A stretch of DNA of 64,000 nt from assembly GCA_964016885.1 (NCBI GenBank), contig OZ024742.1, forward strand, positions 370,946,001 through 371,010,000, written 5' to 3'. The DNA comes from Eledone cirrhosa (taxonomy: Eukaryota). Below are positions 15,001-30,000 of this stretch, in pieces. The notes below the pieces were generated by a model. It had not been told where the DNA came from and made no database searches. It saw only the letters and a list, made by a program, of their open reading frames with translations. The position numbers and the translations under genes were made by a program. The number at the start of each line of letters is the position of its first letter. Position 1 is the first letter of the stretch.

Positions 15001-18000
15001 GTGTCACCTTAGCTGAGCGATGAAAACACACATCTGGCCTTCAGCAGTGTGTTAGACAGTGTCACCTGAGCTGAGCAATGAAAACAAGCCTCTGGCCTTC
15101 AGCATTGTGCTAGACAGTGTCACCTTAGCTGAGCAATGACAACACACCTCTAGCCTTCAGCAGTTTGCTAGACATTGTCAGCTTAGCTGAACAATGAAAA
15201 CACACATCTGGCCTTCAGCAGTGTGTTAGACAGTGTCACCTTAGCTGAGCAATGAAAACACACATCTGGTCTTCAGCAGTGTGTTAGACAGTGTGACCTT
15301 AGCTGAGCAATGAAAACACACATCTGGCCTTCAGCCGTATGCTAGACAGTGTCACCTTAGTTGAGCAATGAAAACACACATCTGGCCTTCAGCAGTGTGT
15401 TAGACAGTGTCTCCTGACCTGAGCTATGAAAACACACCTCTGGCCTTCAGCAGTGTGTTAGACAGTGTCCCCTTAGCTGAGCAATGAAAACACACGTCTG
15501 GCCTTCAGCAGTTTTCTAGACAGTGTCACCTTAGCTGAGCAATGAAAACACACATCTGGCCTTCAGCAGTGTGTTAGACAGTGTCACCTTAGCTGAGCAA
15601 TGAAAACATACCTCTGGTCTTCAGCAGTGTGTTAGACAGTGTCACCTTAGCTGAGCAATGAAAACACGCCTCTGGCCTTCAGCTGTGTGTTAGACAGTGT
15701 CACCTTAGCTGAGCAATGAAAACACGCCTCTGGCCTTCAGCTGTGTGTTAGACAGTGTCACCTTAGCTGAGCAATGAAAAGACACCTCTGGGCTTCAGCA
15801 GTGTGTTAGACAGTGTCACCTTAGCTGAGCAATGAAAAAACACCTCTGGCCTTCAGCAGTGTGTTAGACAGCGTCACCTTAGCTGAGCAATGAAAACACA
15901 CATATGGCCTTGAGCAGTGTGTTAGACAGTGTCACCTTAGCTGGGCAATGAAAACACACATCTGGTCTTCAGCAGTGTGTTAAACAGTGTCACCTTAGCT
16001 GAGCAATGAAAACACGCCTCTGGCCTTTAGCTGTGTGTTAGACAGTGTCACCTTAGCTGAGCAATGAAAACACACATATGGCCTTCAGCAGTGTGTTAGA
16101 CAGTGTCACCTTAGCTGAGCAATGAAAACACACATATGGCCTTCAGCAGTGTGTTAGACAGCGTCACCTTAGCTGAGCAATGAAAACACGCCTCTGGCCT
16201 TCAGCAATGTGTTAGAAAGTGTCACCTTAGCTGAACAATGAAAACACACATCTGGCCTTCAGCAGTGTGTTAGACAGTGTCACCTTAGCTGAGCAATGAA
16301 AACACACATCTGGCCTTCAGCAGTGTGTTAGACAGTGTCACCTTAGCTGAGCAATGAAAACACACATATGGCCTTCAGCAGTGTGTTAGACAGTGTCACC
16401 TTAGCTGAGCAATGAAAACACACATCTGGCCTTCAGCAGTGTGTTAGACAATGTCACCTTAGCTGAGCAATGAAAACACATCTCTGGCCTTCAGCAGTGC
16501 GTTAGACAGTGTCACCTTAGCTGAGCAATGAAAACACACATCTGGCCTTCAGCAGTGTGTTAGACAGTGTCACATTAGCTGAGCAATGAAAACACACATC
16601 TGGTCTTCAGCAGTGTGTTAGACAGTGTCACCTTAGCTGAGCAATGAAAACAGACATCTGGCCTTCAGCAGTGTGTTAGACAGTGTCACCTTAGCTGACA
16701 ATGAAAACACACCTCTGGCCTTCAGCAGTGTGTTAGAGAGTGTCACCTTAGCTGAGCAATAGAAGCACACATATGGCCTTCAAGAGTGTGTTAGACAGTG
16801 TCACCTTAGCTGAGCAATGAAAACACACATCTGGCCTTCAGCAGTGTGTTAGACAGTGTCACCTTAGCTGAGCAATGACAACACACCTCTGGCCTTCAGC
16901 AGTGTGTTAGACAGTGTCACCTTAGCTGAGCGATGAAAACACACATCTGGCCTTCAGCAGTGTGTTAGACAGTGTCACCTGAGCTGAGCAATGAAAACAA
17001 GCCTCTGGCCTTCAGCATTGTGCTAGACAGTGTCACCTTAGCTGAGCAATGACAACACACCTCTAGCCTTCAGCAGTTTGCTAGACATTGTCAGCTTAGC
17101 TGAACAATGAAAACACACATCTGGCCTTCAGCAGTGTGTTAGACAGTGTCACCTTAGCTGAGCAATGAAAACACACATCTGGTCTTCAGCAGTGTGTTAG
17201 ACAGTGTCACCTTAGCTGAGCAATGAAAACGCACCTCTGGCCTTCAGCAGTGTGTTAGACAGTGTGACCTTAGCTGAGCAATGAAAACACACATCTGGCC
17301 TTCAGCCGTATGCTAGACAGTGTCACCTTAGCTGAGCAATGAAAACACACATCTGGCCTTCAGCAGTGTGTTAGACAGTGTCTCCTGAGCTGAGCTATGA
17401 AAACACACCTCTGGCCTTCAGCAGTGTGTTAGACAGTGTCACATTAGCTGAGCAATGAAAACACACATCTGGTCTTCAGCAGTGTGTTAGACAGTGTCAC
17501 CTTAGCTGAGCAATGAAAACAGACATCTGGCCTTCAGCAGTGTGTTAGACAGTGTCACCTTAGCTGACAATGAAACCACACCTCTGGCCTTCAGCAGTGT
17601 GTTAGAGAGTGTCACCTTAGCTGAGCAATAGAAGCACACATATGGCCTTCAAGAGTGTGTTAGACAGTGTCACCTTAGCTGAGCAATGAAAACACACATC
17701 TGGCCTTCAGCAGTGTGTTAGACAGTGTCACCTTAGCTGAGCAATGACAACACACCTCTGGCCTTCAGCAGTGTGTTAGACAGTGTCACCTTAGCTGAGC
17801 GATGAAAACACACCTCTGGCCTTCAGCAGTGTGTTAGACAGTGTCACCTGAGCTGAGCAATGAAAACAAGCCTCTGGCCTTCAGCATTGTGCTAGACAGT
17901 GTCACCTTAGCTGAGCAATGACAACACACCTCTAGCCTTCAGCAGTTTGCTAGACATTGTCAGCTTAGCTGAACAATGAAAACACACATCTGGCCTTCAG

Positions 18001-21000
18001 CAGTGTGTTAGACAGTGTCACCTTAGCTGAGCAATGAAAACACACATCTGGTCTTCAGCAGTGTGTTAGACAGTGTGACCTTAGCTGAGCAATGAAAACA
18101 CACATCTGGCCTTCAGCCGTATGCTAGACAGTGTCACCTTAGCTGAGCAATGAAAACACACATCTGGCCTTCAGCAGTGTGTTAAACAGTGTCTCCTGAG
18201 CTGAGCTATGAAAACACACCTCTGGCCTTCAGCAGTTTTCTAGACAGTGTCACCTTAGCTGAGCAATGAAAACACACATCTGGCCTTCAGCAGTGTGTTA
18301 GACAGTGTCACCTTAGCTGAGCAATGAAAACATACCTCTGGTCTTCAGCAGTGTGTTAGACAGTGTCACCTTAGCTGAGCAATGAAAACACGCCTCTGGC
18401 CTTCAGCTGTGTGTTAGACAGTGTCACCTTAGCTGAGAAATGAAAACACGCCTCTGGCCTTCAGCTGTGTGTTAGACAGTGTCACCTTAGCTGAGCAATG
18501 AAAAGACACCTCTGGGCTTCAGCAGTGTGTTAGACAGTGTCACCTTAGCTGAGCAATGAAAACACACATCTAGCCTTCAGCAGTGTGTTAGACAGTGTCA
18601 CCTTAGCTGAGCAATGAAAAAACACCTCTGGCCTTCAGCAGTGTGTTAGACAGCGTCACCTTAGCTGAGCAATGAAAACACACATATGGCCTTGAGCAGT
18701 GTGTTAGACAGTGTCACCTTAGCTGGGCAATGAAAACACACATCTGGTCTTCAGCAGTGTGTTAGACAGTGTCACCTTAGCTGAGCAATGAAAACACGCC
18801 TCTGGCCTTTAGCTGTGTGTTAGACAGTGTCACCTTAGCTGAGCAATGAAAACACACATATGGCCTTCAGCAGTGTGTTAGACAGTGTCACCTTAGCTGA
18901 GCAATGAAAACACACATATGGCCTTCAGCAGTGTGTTAGACAGTGTCACCTTAGCTGAGCAATGAAAACACACATATGGCCTTCAGCAGTATGTTAGACA
19001 GTGTCACCTTAGCTGAGCAATGAAAACACACATCTGGCCTTCAGCAGTGTGTTAGACAGTGTCACATTAGCTGAGCAATGAAAACACACATCTGGTCTTC
19101 AGCAGTGTGTTAGACAGTGTCACCTTAGCTGAGCAATGAAAACAGACATCTGGCCTTCAGCAGTGTGTTAGACAGTGTCACCTTAGCTGACAATGAAAAC
19201 ACACCTCTGGCCTTCAGCAGTGCGTTAGAGAGTGTCACCTTAGCTGAGCAATAGAAGCACACATATGGCCTTCAAGAGTGTGTTAGACAGTGTCACCTTA
19301 GCTGAGCAATGAAAACACACATCTGGCCTTCAGCAGTGTGTTAGACAGTGTCACCTTAGCTGAGCAATGACAACACACATATGGCCTTCAGCAGTATGTT
19401 AGACAGTGTCACCTTAGCTGAGCAATGAAAACACGCCTCTGGCCTTCAGCAATGTGTTAGAAAGTGTCACCTTAGCTGAGCAATGAAAACAAGCCTCTGG
19501 CCTTCAGCATTGTGCTAGACAGTGTCACCTTAGCTGAGCAATGACAACACACCTCTAGCCTTCAGCAGTTTGCTAGACATTGTCAGCTTAGCTGAACAAT
19601 GAAAACACACATCTGGCCTTCAGCAGTGTGTTAGACAGTGTCACCTTAGCTGAGCAATGAAAACACACATCTGGTCTTCAGCAGTGTGTTAGACAGTGTG
19701 ACCTTAGCTGAGCAATGAAAACACACATCTGGCCTTCAGCCGTATGCTAGACAGTGTCACCTTAGCTGAGCAATAAAAACACACATCTGGCCTTCAGCAG
19801 TGTGTTAGACAGTGTCTCCTGAGCTGAGCTATGAAAACACACCTCTGGCCTTCAGCAGTGTGTTAGACAGTGTCCCCTTAGCTGAACAATGAAAACACAC
19901 CTCTGGGCTTCAGCAGTTTTCTAGACAGTGTCACCTTAGCTGAGCAATGAAAACACACATCTGGCCTTCAGCAGTGTGTTAGACAGTGTCACCTTAGCTG
20001 AGCAATGAAAACATACCTCTGGTCTTCAGCAGTGTGTTAGACAGTGTCACCTTAGCTGAGCAATGAAAACACGCCTCTGGCCTTCAGCTGTGTGTTAGAC
20101 AGTGTCACCTTAGCTGAGCAATGAAAACACGCCTCTGGCCTTCAGCTGTGTGTTAGACAGTGTCACCTTAGCTGAGCAATGAAAAGACACCTCTGGGCTT
20201 CAGCAGTGTGTTAGACAGTGTCACCTTAGCTGAGCAATGAAAAAACACCTCTGGCCTTCAGCAGTGTGTTAGACAGCGTCACCTTAGCTGAGCAATGAAA
20301 ACACACATATGGCCTTGAGCAGTGTGTTAGACAGTGTCACCTTAGCTGGGCAATGAAAACACACATCTGGTCTTCAGCAGTGTGTTAGACAGTGTCACCT
20401 TAGCTGAGCAATGAAAACACGCCTCTGGCCTTTAGCTGTGTGTTAGACAGTGTCACCTTAGCTGAGCAATGAAAACACACATATGGCCTTCAGCAGTGTG
20501 TTAGACAGTGTCACCTTAGCTGAGCAATGAAAACACACATATGGCCTTCAGCAGTGTGTTAGACAGTGTCACCTTAGCTGAGCAATGAAAACACACATAT
20601 GGCCTTCAGCAGTGTGTTAGACAGTGTCACCTTAGCTGAGCAATGAAAACACGCCTCTGGCCTTCAGCAATGTGTTAGAAAGTGTCACCTTAGCTGAACT
20701 ATGAAAACACACATCTGGCCTTCAGCAGTGTGTTAGACAGTGTCACCTTAGCTGAGCAATGAAAACACACATCTGGCCTTCAGCAGTGTGTTAGACAGTG
20801 TCACCTTAGCTGAGCAATGAAAACACGTCTCTGGCCTTCAGCAGTGCGTTAGACAGTGTCACCTTAGCTGAGCAATGAAAACACACATCTGGCCTTCAGC
20901 AGTGTGTTAGACAGTGTCACCTTAGCTGAGCAATGAAAACACACATCTGGCCTTCAGCAGTGTGTTAGACAGTGTCACATTAGCTGAGCAATGAAAACAC

Positions 21001-24000
21001 ACATCTGGTCTTCAGCAGTGTGTTAGACAGTGTCACCTTAGCTGAGCAATGAAAACAGACATCTGGCCTTCAGCAGTGTGTTAGACAGCGTCACCTTAGC
21101 TGAGCTATGAAAACAGACATCTGGCCTTCAGCAGTGTGTTAGACAGGGTTACCTTAGCTGAGCAATGAAAACACACATATGGCCTTCAGCAGTGTGTTAG
21201 ACAGTGTCACCTTAGCTGAGCAGTGAAAACACACATATGGCCTTCAGCAGTATGTTAGACAGTGTCACCTTAGCTGAGCAATGAAAACACGCCTCTGGCC
21301 TTCAGCAGTGTGTTAGACAGTGTCACCTTAGCTGAGCAATGAAAACACACATCTGGCCTTCAGCAGTGTGTTAGACAGTGTCACCTTAGCTGAGCAATGA
21401 AAACACGGCTCTGGCCTTCCGCAGTGTGTTAGACAGTGTCACCTTAGCTGAGCAATGAAAACACACCTCTGGTCTTCAGCAGTGTGTTAGACAGTGTCAA
21501 CTTAGCTGAGCAATGAAAACACGCCACTGGCCTTCAGCAGTGTGTTAGACAGTGTCACCTTAGCTGACAATGAAAACACACCTCTGGCCTTCAGCAGTGT
21601 GTTAGAGAGTGTCACCTTAGCTGAGCAATAGAAGCACACATATGGCCTTCAAGAGTGTGTTAGACAGTGTCACCTTAGCTGAGCAATGAAAACACACATC
21701 TGGCCTTCAGCAGTGTGTTAGACAGTGTCACCTTAGCTGAGCAATGACAACACACCTCTGGCCTTCAGCAGTGTGTTAGACAGTGTCACCTTAGCTGAGC
21801 GATGAAAACACACATCTGGCCTTCAGCAGTGTGTTAGACAGTGTCACCTGAGCTGAGCAATGAAAACAAGCCTCTGGCCTTCAGCATTGTGCTAGACAGT
21901 GTCACCTTAGCTGAGCAATGACAACACACCTCTAGCCTTCAGCAGTTTGCTAGACATTGTCAGCTTAGCTGAACAATGAAAACACACATCTGGCCTTCAG
22001 CAGTGTGTTAGACAGTGTCACCTTAGCTGAGCAATGAAAACACACATCTGGTCTTCAGCAGTGTGTTAGACAGTGTGACCTTAGCTGAGCAATGAAAACA
22101 CACATCTGGCCTTCAGCCGTATGCTAGACAGTGTCACCTTAGTTGAGCAATGAAAACACACATCTGGCCTTCAGCAGTGTGTTAGACAGTGTCTCCTGAC
22201 CTGAGCTATGAAAACACACCTCTGGCCTTCAGCAGTGTGTTAGACAGTGTCCCCTTAGCTGAGCAATGAAAACACACGTCTGGCCTTCAGCAGTTTTCTA
22301 GACAGTGTCACCTTAGCTGAGCAATGAAAACACACATCTGGCCTTCAGCAGTGTGTTAGACAGTGTCACCTTAGCTGAGCAATGAAAACATACCTCTGGT
22401 CTTCAGCAGTGTGTTAGACAGTGTCACCTTAGCTGAGCAATGAAAACACGCCTCTGGCCTTCAGCTGTGTGTTAGACAGTGTCACCTTAGCTGAGCAATG
22501 AAAACACGCCTCTGGCCTTCAGCTGTGTGTTAGACAGTGTCACCTTAGCTGAGCAATGAAAAGACACCTCTGGGCTTCAGCAGTGTGTTAGACAGTGTCA
22601 CCTTAGCTGAGCAATGAAAAAACACCTCTGGCCTTCAGCAGTGTGTTAGACAGCGTCACCTTAGCTGAGCAATGAAAACACACATATGGCCTTGAGCAGT
22701 GTGTTAGACAGTGTCACCTTAGCTGGGCAATGAAAACACACATCTGGTCTTCAGCAGTGTGTTAAACAGTGTCACCTTAGCTGAGCAATGAAAACACGCC
22801 TCTGGCCTTTAGCTGTGTGTTAGACAGTGTCACCTTAGCTGAGCAATGAAAACACACATATGGCCTTCAGCAGTGTGTTAGACAGTGTCACCTTAGCTGA
22901 GCAATGAAAACACACATATGGCCTTCAGCAGTGTGTTAGACAGTGTCACCTTAGCTGAGCAATGAAAACACACATATGGCCTTCAGCAGTATGTTAGACA
23001 GTGTCACCTTAGCTGAGCAATGAAAACACGCCTCTGGCCTTCAGCAATGTGTTAGAAAGTGTCACCTTAGCTGAACAATGAAAACACACATCTGGCCTTC
23101 AGCAGTGTGTTAGACAGTGTCACCTTAGCTGAGCAATGAAAACACACATCTGGCCTTCAGCAGTGTGTTAGACAGTGTCACCTTAGCTGAGCAATGAAAA
23201 CACACATATGGCCTTCAGCAGTGTGTTAGACAGTGTCACCTTAGCTGAGCAATGAAAACACACATCTGGCCTTCAGCAGTGTGTTAGACAATGTCACCTT
23301 AGCTGAGCAATGAAAACACGTCTCTGGCCTTCAGCAGTGCGTTAGACAGTGTCACCTTAGCTGAGCAATGAAAACACACATCTGGCCTTCAGCAGTGTGT
23401 TAGACAGTGTCACCTTAGCTGAGCAATGAAAACACACATCTGGCCTTCAGCAGTGTGTTAGACAGTGTCACATTAGCTGAGCAATGAAAACACACATCTG
23501 GTCTTCAGCAGTGTGTTAGACAGTGTCACCTTAGCTGAGCAATGAAAACAGACATCTGGCCTTCAGCAGTGTGTTAGACAGTGTCACCTTAGCTGACAAT
23601 GAAAACACACCTCTGGCCTTCAGCAGTGTGTTAGAGAGTGTCACCTTAGCTGAGCAATAGAAGCACACATATGGCCTTCAAGAGTGTGTTAGACAGTGTC
23701 ACCTTAGCTGAGCAATGAAAACACACATCTGGCCTTCAGCAGTGTGTTAGACAGTGTCACCTTAGCTGAGCAATGACAACACACCTCTGGCCTTCAGCAG
23801 TGTGTTAGACAGTGTCACCTTAGCTGAGCGATGAAAACACACATCTGGCCTTCAGCAGTGTGTTAGACAGTGTCACCTGAGCTGAGCAATGAAAACAAGC
23901 CTCTGGCCTTCAGCATTGTGCTAGACAGTGTCACCTTAGCTGAGCAATGACAACACACCTCTAGCCTTCAGCAGTTTGCTAGACATTGTCAGCTTAGCTG

Positions 24001-27000
24001 AACAATGAAAACACACATCTGGCCTTCAGCAGTGTGTTAGACAGTGTCACCTTAGCTGAGCAATGAAAACACACATCTGGTCTTCAGCAGTGTGTTAGAC
24101 AGTGTCACCTTAGCTGAGCAATGAAAACGCACCTCTGGCCTTCAGCAGTGTGTTAGACAGTGTGACCTTAGCTGAGCAATGAAAACACACATCTGGCCTT
24201 CAGCCGTATGCTAGACAGTGTCACCTTAGCTGAGCAATGAAAACACACATCTGGCCTTCAGCAGTGTGTTAGACAGTGTCTCCTGAGCTGAGCTATGAAA
24301 ACACACCTCTGGCCTTCAGCAGTGTGTTAGACAGTGTCACATTAGCTGAGCAATGAAAACACACATCTGGTCTTCAGCAGTGTGTTAGACAGTGTCACCT
24401 TAGCTGAGCAATGAAAACAGACATCTGGCCTTCAGCAGTGTGTTAGACAGTGTCACCTTAGCTGACAATGAAAACACACCTCTGGCCTTCAGCAGTGTGT
24501 TAGAGAGTGTCACCTTCGCTGAGCAATAGAAGCACACATATGGCCTTCAAGAGTGTGTTAGACAGTGTCACCTTAGCTGAGCAATGAAAACACACATCTG
24601 GCCTTCAGCAGTGTGTTAGACAGTGTCACCTTAGCTGAGCAATGACAACACACCTCTGGCCTTCAGCAGTGTGTTAGACAGTGTCACCTTAGCTGAGCGA
24701 TGAAAACACACATCTGGCCTTCAGCAGTGTGTTAGACAGTGTCACCTGAGCTGAGCAATGAAAACAAGCCTCTGGCCTTCAGCATTGTGCTAGACAGTGT
24801 CACCTTAGCTGAGCAATGACAACACACCTCTAGCCTTCAGCAGTTTGCTAGACATTGTCAGCTTAGCTGAACAATGAAAACACACATCTGGCCTTCAGCA
24901 GTGTGTTAGACAGTGTCACCTTAGCTGAGCAATGAAAACACACATCTGGTCTTCAGCAGTGTGTTAGACAGTGTGACCTTAGCTGAGCAATGAAAACACA
25001 CATCTGGCCTTCAGCCGTATGCTAGACAGTGTCACCTTAGCTGAGCAATGAAAACACACATCTGGCCTTCAGCAGTGTGTTAGACAGTGTCTCCTGAGCT
25101 GAGCTATGAAAACACACCTCTGGCCTTCAGCAGTTTTCTAGACAGTGTCACCTTAGCTGAGCAATGAAAACACACATCTGGCCTTCAGCAGTGTGTTAGA
25201 CAGTGTCACCTTAGCTGAGCAATGAAAATATACCTCTGGTCTTCAGCAGTGTGTTAGACAGTGTCACCTTAGCTGAGCAATGACAACACACCTCTAGCCT
25301 TCAGCAGTTTGCTAGACATTGTCAGCTTAGCTGAACAATGAAAACACACATCTGGCCTTCAGCAGTGTGTTAGACAGTGTCACCTTAGCTGAGCAATGAA
25401 AACACACATCTGGTCTTCAGCAGTGTGTTAGACAGTGTCACCTTAGCTGAGCAATGAAAACGCACCTCTGGCCTTCAGCAGTGTGTTAGACAGTGTGACC
25501 TTAGCTGAGCAATGAAAACACACATCTGGCCTTCAGCCGTATGCTAGACAGTGTCACCTTAGCTGAGCAATGAAAACACACATCTGGCCTTCAGCAGTGT
25601 GTTAGACAGTGTCTCCTGAGCTGAGCTATGAAAACACACCTCTGGCCTTCAGCAGTGTGTTAGACAGTGTCACATTAGCTGAGCAATGAAAACACACATC
25701 TGGTCTTCAGCAGTGTGTTAGACAGTGTCACCTTAGCTGAGCAATGAAAACAGACATCTGGCCTTCAGCAGTGTGTTAGACAGTGTCACCTTAGCTGACA
25801 ATGAAAACACACCTCTGGCCTTCAGCAGTGTGTTAGAGAGTGTCACCTTAGCTGAGCAATAGAAGCACACATATAGCCTTCAAGAGTGTGTTAGACGGTG
25901 TCACCTTAGCTGAGCAATGAAAACACACATCTGGCCTTCAGCAGTGTGTTAGACAGTGTCACCTTAGCTGAGCAATGACAACACACCTCTGGCCTTCAGC
26001 AGTGTGTTAGACAGTGTCACCTTAGCTGAGCGATGAAAACACACATCTGGCCTTCAGCAGTGTGTTAGACAGTGTCACCTGAGCTGAGCAATGAAAACAA
26101 GCCTCTGGCCTTCAGCATTGTGCTAGACAGTGTCACCTTAGCTGAGCAATGACAACACACCTCTAGCCTTCAGCAGTTTGCTAGACATTGTCAGCTTAGC
26201 TGAACAATGAAAACACACATCTGGCCTTCAGCAGTGTGTTAGACAGTGTCACCTTAGCTGAGCAATGAAAACACACATCTGGTCTTCAGCAGTGTGTTAG
26301 ACAGTGTGACCTTAGCTGAGCAATGAAAACACACATCTGGCCTTCAGCCGTATGCTAGACAGTGTCACCTTAGCTGAGCAATGAAAACACACATCTGGCC
26401 TTCAGCAGTGTGTTAGACAGTGTCTCCTGAGCTGAGCTATGAAAACACACCTCTGGCCTTCAGCAGTTTTCTAGACAGTGTCACCTTAGCTGAGCAATGA
26501 AAACACACATCTGGCCTTCAGCAGTGTGTTAGACAGTGTCACCTTAGCTGAGCAATGAAAATATACCTCTGGTCTTCAGCAGTGTGTTAGACAGTGTCAC
26601 CTTAGCTGAGCAATGAAAACACGCCTCTGGCCTTCAGCTGTGTGTTAGACAGTGTCACCTTAGCTGAGCAATGAAAACACGCCTCTGGCCTTCAGCTGTG
26701 TGTTAGACAGTGTCACCTTAGCTGAGCAATGAAAAGACACCTCTGGGCTTCAGCAGTGTGTTAGACAGTGTCACCTTAGCTGAGCAATGAAAACACACAT
26801 CTAGCCTTCAGCAGTGTGTTAGACAGCGTCACCTTAGCTGAGCAATGAAAACACACATATGGCCTTGAGCAGTGTGTTAGACAGTGTCACCTTAGCTGGG
26901 CAATGAAAACACACATCTGGTCTTCAGCAGTGTGTTAGACAGTGTCACCTTAGCTGAGCAATGAAAACACGCCTCTGGCCTTTAGCTGTGTGTTAGACAG

Positions 27001-30000
27001 TGTCACCTTAGCTGAGCAATGAAAACACACATATGGCCTTCAGCAGTGTGTTAGACAGTGTCACCTTAGCTGAGCAATGAAAACACACATATGGCCTTCA
27101 GCAGTGTGTTAGACAGTGTCACCTTAGCTGAGCAATGAAAACACACATATGGCCTTCAGCAGTATGTTAGACAGTGTCACCTTAGCTGAGCAATGAAAAC
27201 ACGCCTCTGGCCTTCAGCAATGTGTTAGAAAGTGTCACCTTAGCTGAACAATGAAAACACACATCTGGCCTTCAGCAGTGTGTTAGACAGTGTCACCTTA
27301 GCTGAGCAATGAAAACACACATCTGGCCTTCAGCAGTGTGTTAGACAGTGTCACCTTAGCTGAGCAATGAAAACACGTCTCTGGCCTTCAGCAGTGCGTT
27401 AGACAGTGTCACCTTAGCTGAGCAATGAAAACACACATCTGGCCTTCAGCAGTGTGTTAGACAGTGTCACCTTAGCTGAGCAATGAAAACACACATCTGG
27501 CCTTCAGCAGTGTGTTAGACAGTGTCACATTAGCTGAGCAATGAAAACACACATCTGGTCTTCAGCAGTGTGTTAGACAGTGTCACCTTAGCTGAGCAAT
27601 GAAAACAGACATCTGGCCTTCAGCAGTGTGTTAGACAGCGTCACCTTAGCTGAGCTATGAAAACACACATCTGGCCTTCAGCAGTGTGTTAGACAGGGTT
27701 ACCTTAGCTGAGCAATGAAAACACACATATGGCCTTCAGCAGTGTGTTAGACAGTGTCACCTTAGCTGGGCAATGAAAACACACCTCTGGCCTTCAGCAG
27801 TATGTTAGACAGTGTCACCTTAGCTGAGCAATGAAAACACGCCTCTGGCCTTCAGCAGTGTGTTAGACAGTGTCACCTTAGCTGAGCAATGAAAACACAC
27901 ATCTGGCCTTCAGCAGTGTGTTAGACAGTGTCACCTTAGCTGAGCAATGAAAACACGCCTCTGGCCTTCCGCAGTGTGTTAGACAGTGTCACCTTAGCTG
28001 AGCAATGAAAACACACCTCTGGTCTTCAGCAGTGTGTTAGACAGTGTCAACTTAGCTGAGCAATGAAAACACGCCTCTGGCCTTCAGCAGTGTGTTAGAC
28101 AGTGTCACCTTAGCTGAGCAATGAAAACACGCCTCTGGCCTTCAGCAGTGTGTTAGACAGTGTCACCTTAGCTGAGCAATGAAAACATGCCTCTTGCTTT
28201 CAGCAGTGTGTTAGACTGTGTCACCTTAGCTGAGCAATGAAAACACACATCTGGCCTTCAGCAGTGTGTTAGACAATGTCACCTTAGCTGAGCAATGAAA
28301 ACACACATCTGGCCTTCAGCAGTGTGTTAGACAGTGTCACCTTAGCTGAACAATGAAAACAAGCCTCTGGTTTTCAGCAGTGTGTTAGACAGTGTCACCT
28401 TAGCTGAGCAATGAAAACACACATCTGGCCTTCAGCAGTGTGTTAGACAGTGTCGCCTGAGCTGAGCAATGAAAACACACATCTGGCCTTCAGCAGTGTG
28501 TTAGACAGTGTCACCTGAGCTGAGCAATGAAAACAAGCCTCTGGCCTTCAGCATTGTGCTAGACAGTGTCACCTTAGCTGAGCAATGACAACACACCTCT
28601 AGCCTTCAGCAGTTTGCTAGACATTGTCAGCTTAGCTGAACAATGAAAACACACATCTGGCCTTCAGCAGTGTGTTAGACAGTGTCACCTTAGCTGAGCA
28701 ATGAAAACACACATCTGGTCTTCAGCAGTGTGTTAGACAGTGTGACCTTAGCTGAGCAATGAAAACACACATCTGGCCTTCAGCCGTATGCTAGACAGTG
28801 TCACCTTAGCTGAGCAATGAAAACACACATCTGGCCTTCAGCAGTGTGTTAGACAGTGTCTCCTGAGCTGAGCTATGAAAACACACCTCTGGCCTTCAGC
28901 AGTTTTCTAGACAGTGTCACCTTAGCTGAGCAATGAAAACACACATCTGGCCTTCAGCAGTGTGTTAGACAGTGTCACCTTAGCTGAGCAATGAAAATAT
29001 ACCTCTGGTCTTCAGCAGTGTGTTAGACAGTGTCACCTTAGCTGAGCAATGAAAACACGCCTCTGGCCTTCAGCTGTGTGTTAGACAGTGTCACCTTAGC
29101 TGAGCAATGAAAACACGCCTCTGGCCTTCAGCTGTGTGTTAGACAGTGTCACCTTAGCTGAGCAATGAAAAGACACCTCTGGGCTTCAGCAGTGTGTTAG
29201 ACAGTGTCACCTTAGCTGAGCAATGAAAACACACATCTAGCCTTCAGCAGTGTGTTAGACAGCGTCACCTTAGCTGAGCAATGAAAACACACATATGGCC
29301 TTGAGCAGTGTGTTAGACAGTGTCACCTTAGCTGGGCAATGAAAACACACATCTGGTCTTCAGCAGTGTGTTAGACAGTGTCACCTTAGCTGAGCAATGA
29401 AAACACGCCTCTGGCCTTTAGCTGTGTGTTAGACAGTGTCACCTTAGCTGAGCAATGAAAACACACATATGGCCTTCAGCAGTGTGTTAGACAGTGTCAC
29501 CTTAGCTGAGCAATGAAAACACACATATGGCCTTCAGCAGTGTGTTAGACAGTGTCACCTTAGCTGAGCAATGAAAACAAACATATGGCCTTCAGCAGTA
29601 TGTTAGACAGTGTCACCTTAGCTGAGCAATGAAAACACGCCTCTGGCCTTCAGCAATGTGTTAGAAAGTGTCACCTTAGCTGAACAATGAAAACACACAT
29701 CTGGCCTTCAGCAGTGTGTTAGACAGTGTCACCTTAGCTGAGCAATGAAAACACACATCTGGCCTTCAGCAGTGTGTTAGACAGTGTCACCTTAGCTGAG
29801 CAATGAAAACACGTCTCTGGCCTTCAGCAGTGCGTTAGACAGTGTCACCTTAGCTGAGCAATGAAAACACACATCTGGCCTTCAGCAGTGTGTTAGACAG
29901 TGTCACCTTAGCTGAGCAATGAAAACACACATCTGGCCTTCAGCAGTGTGTTAGACAGTGTCACATTAGCTGAGCAATGAAAACACACATCTGGTCTTCA

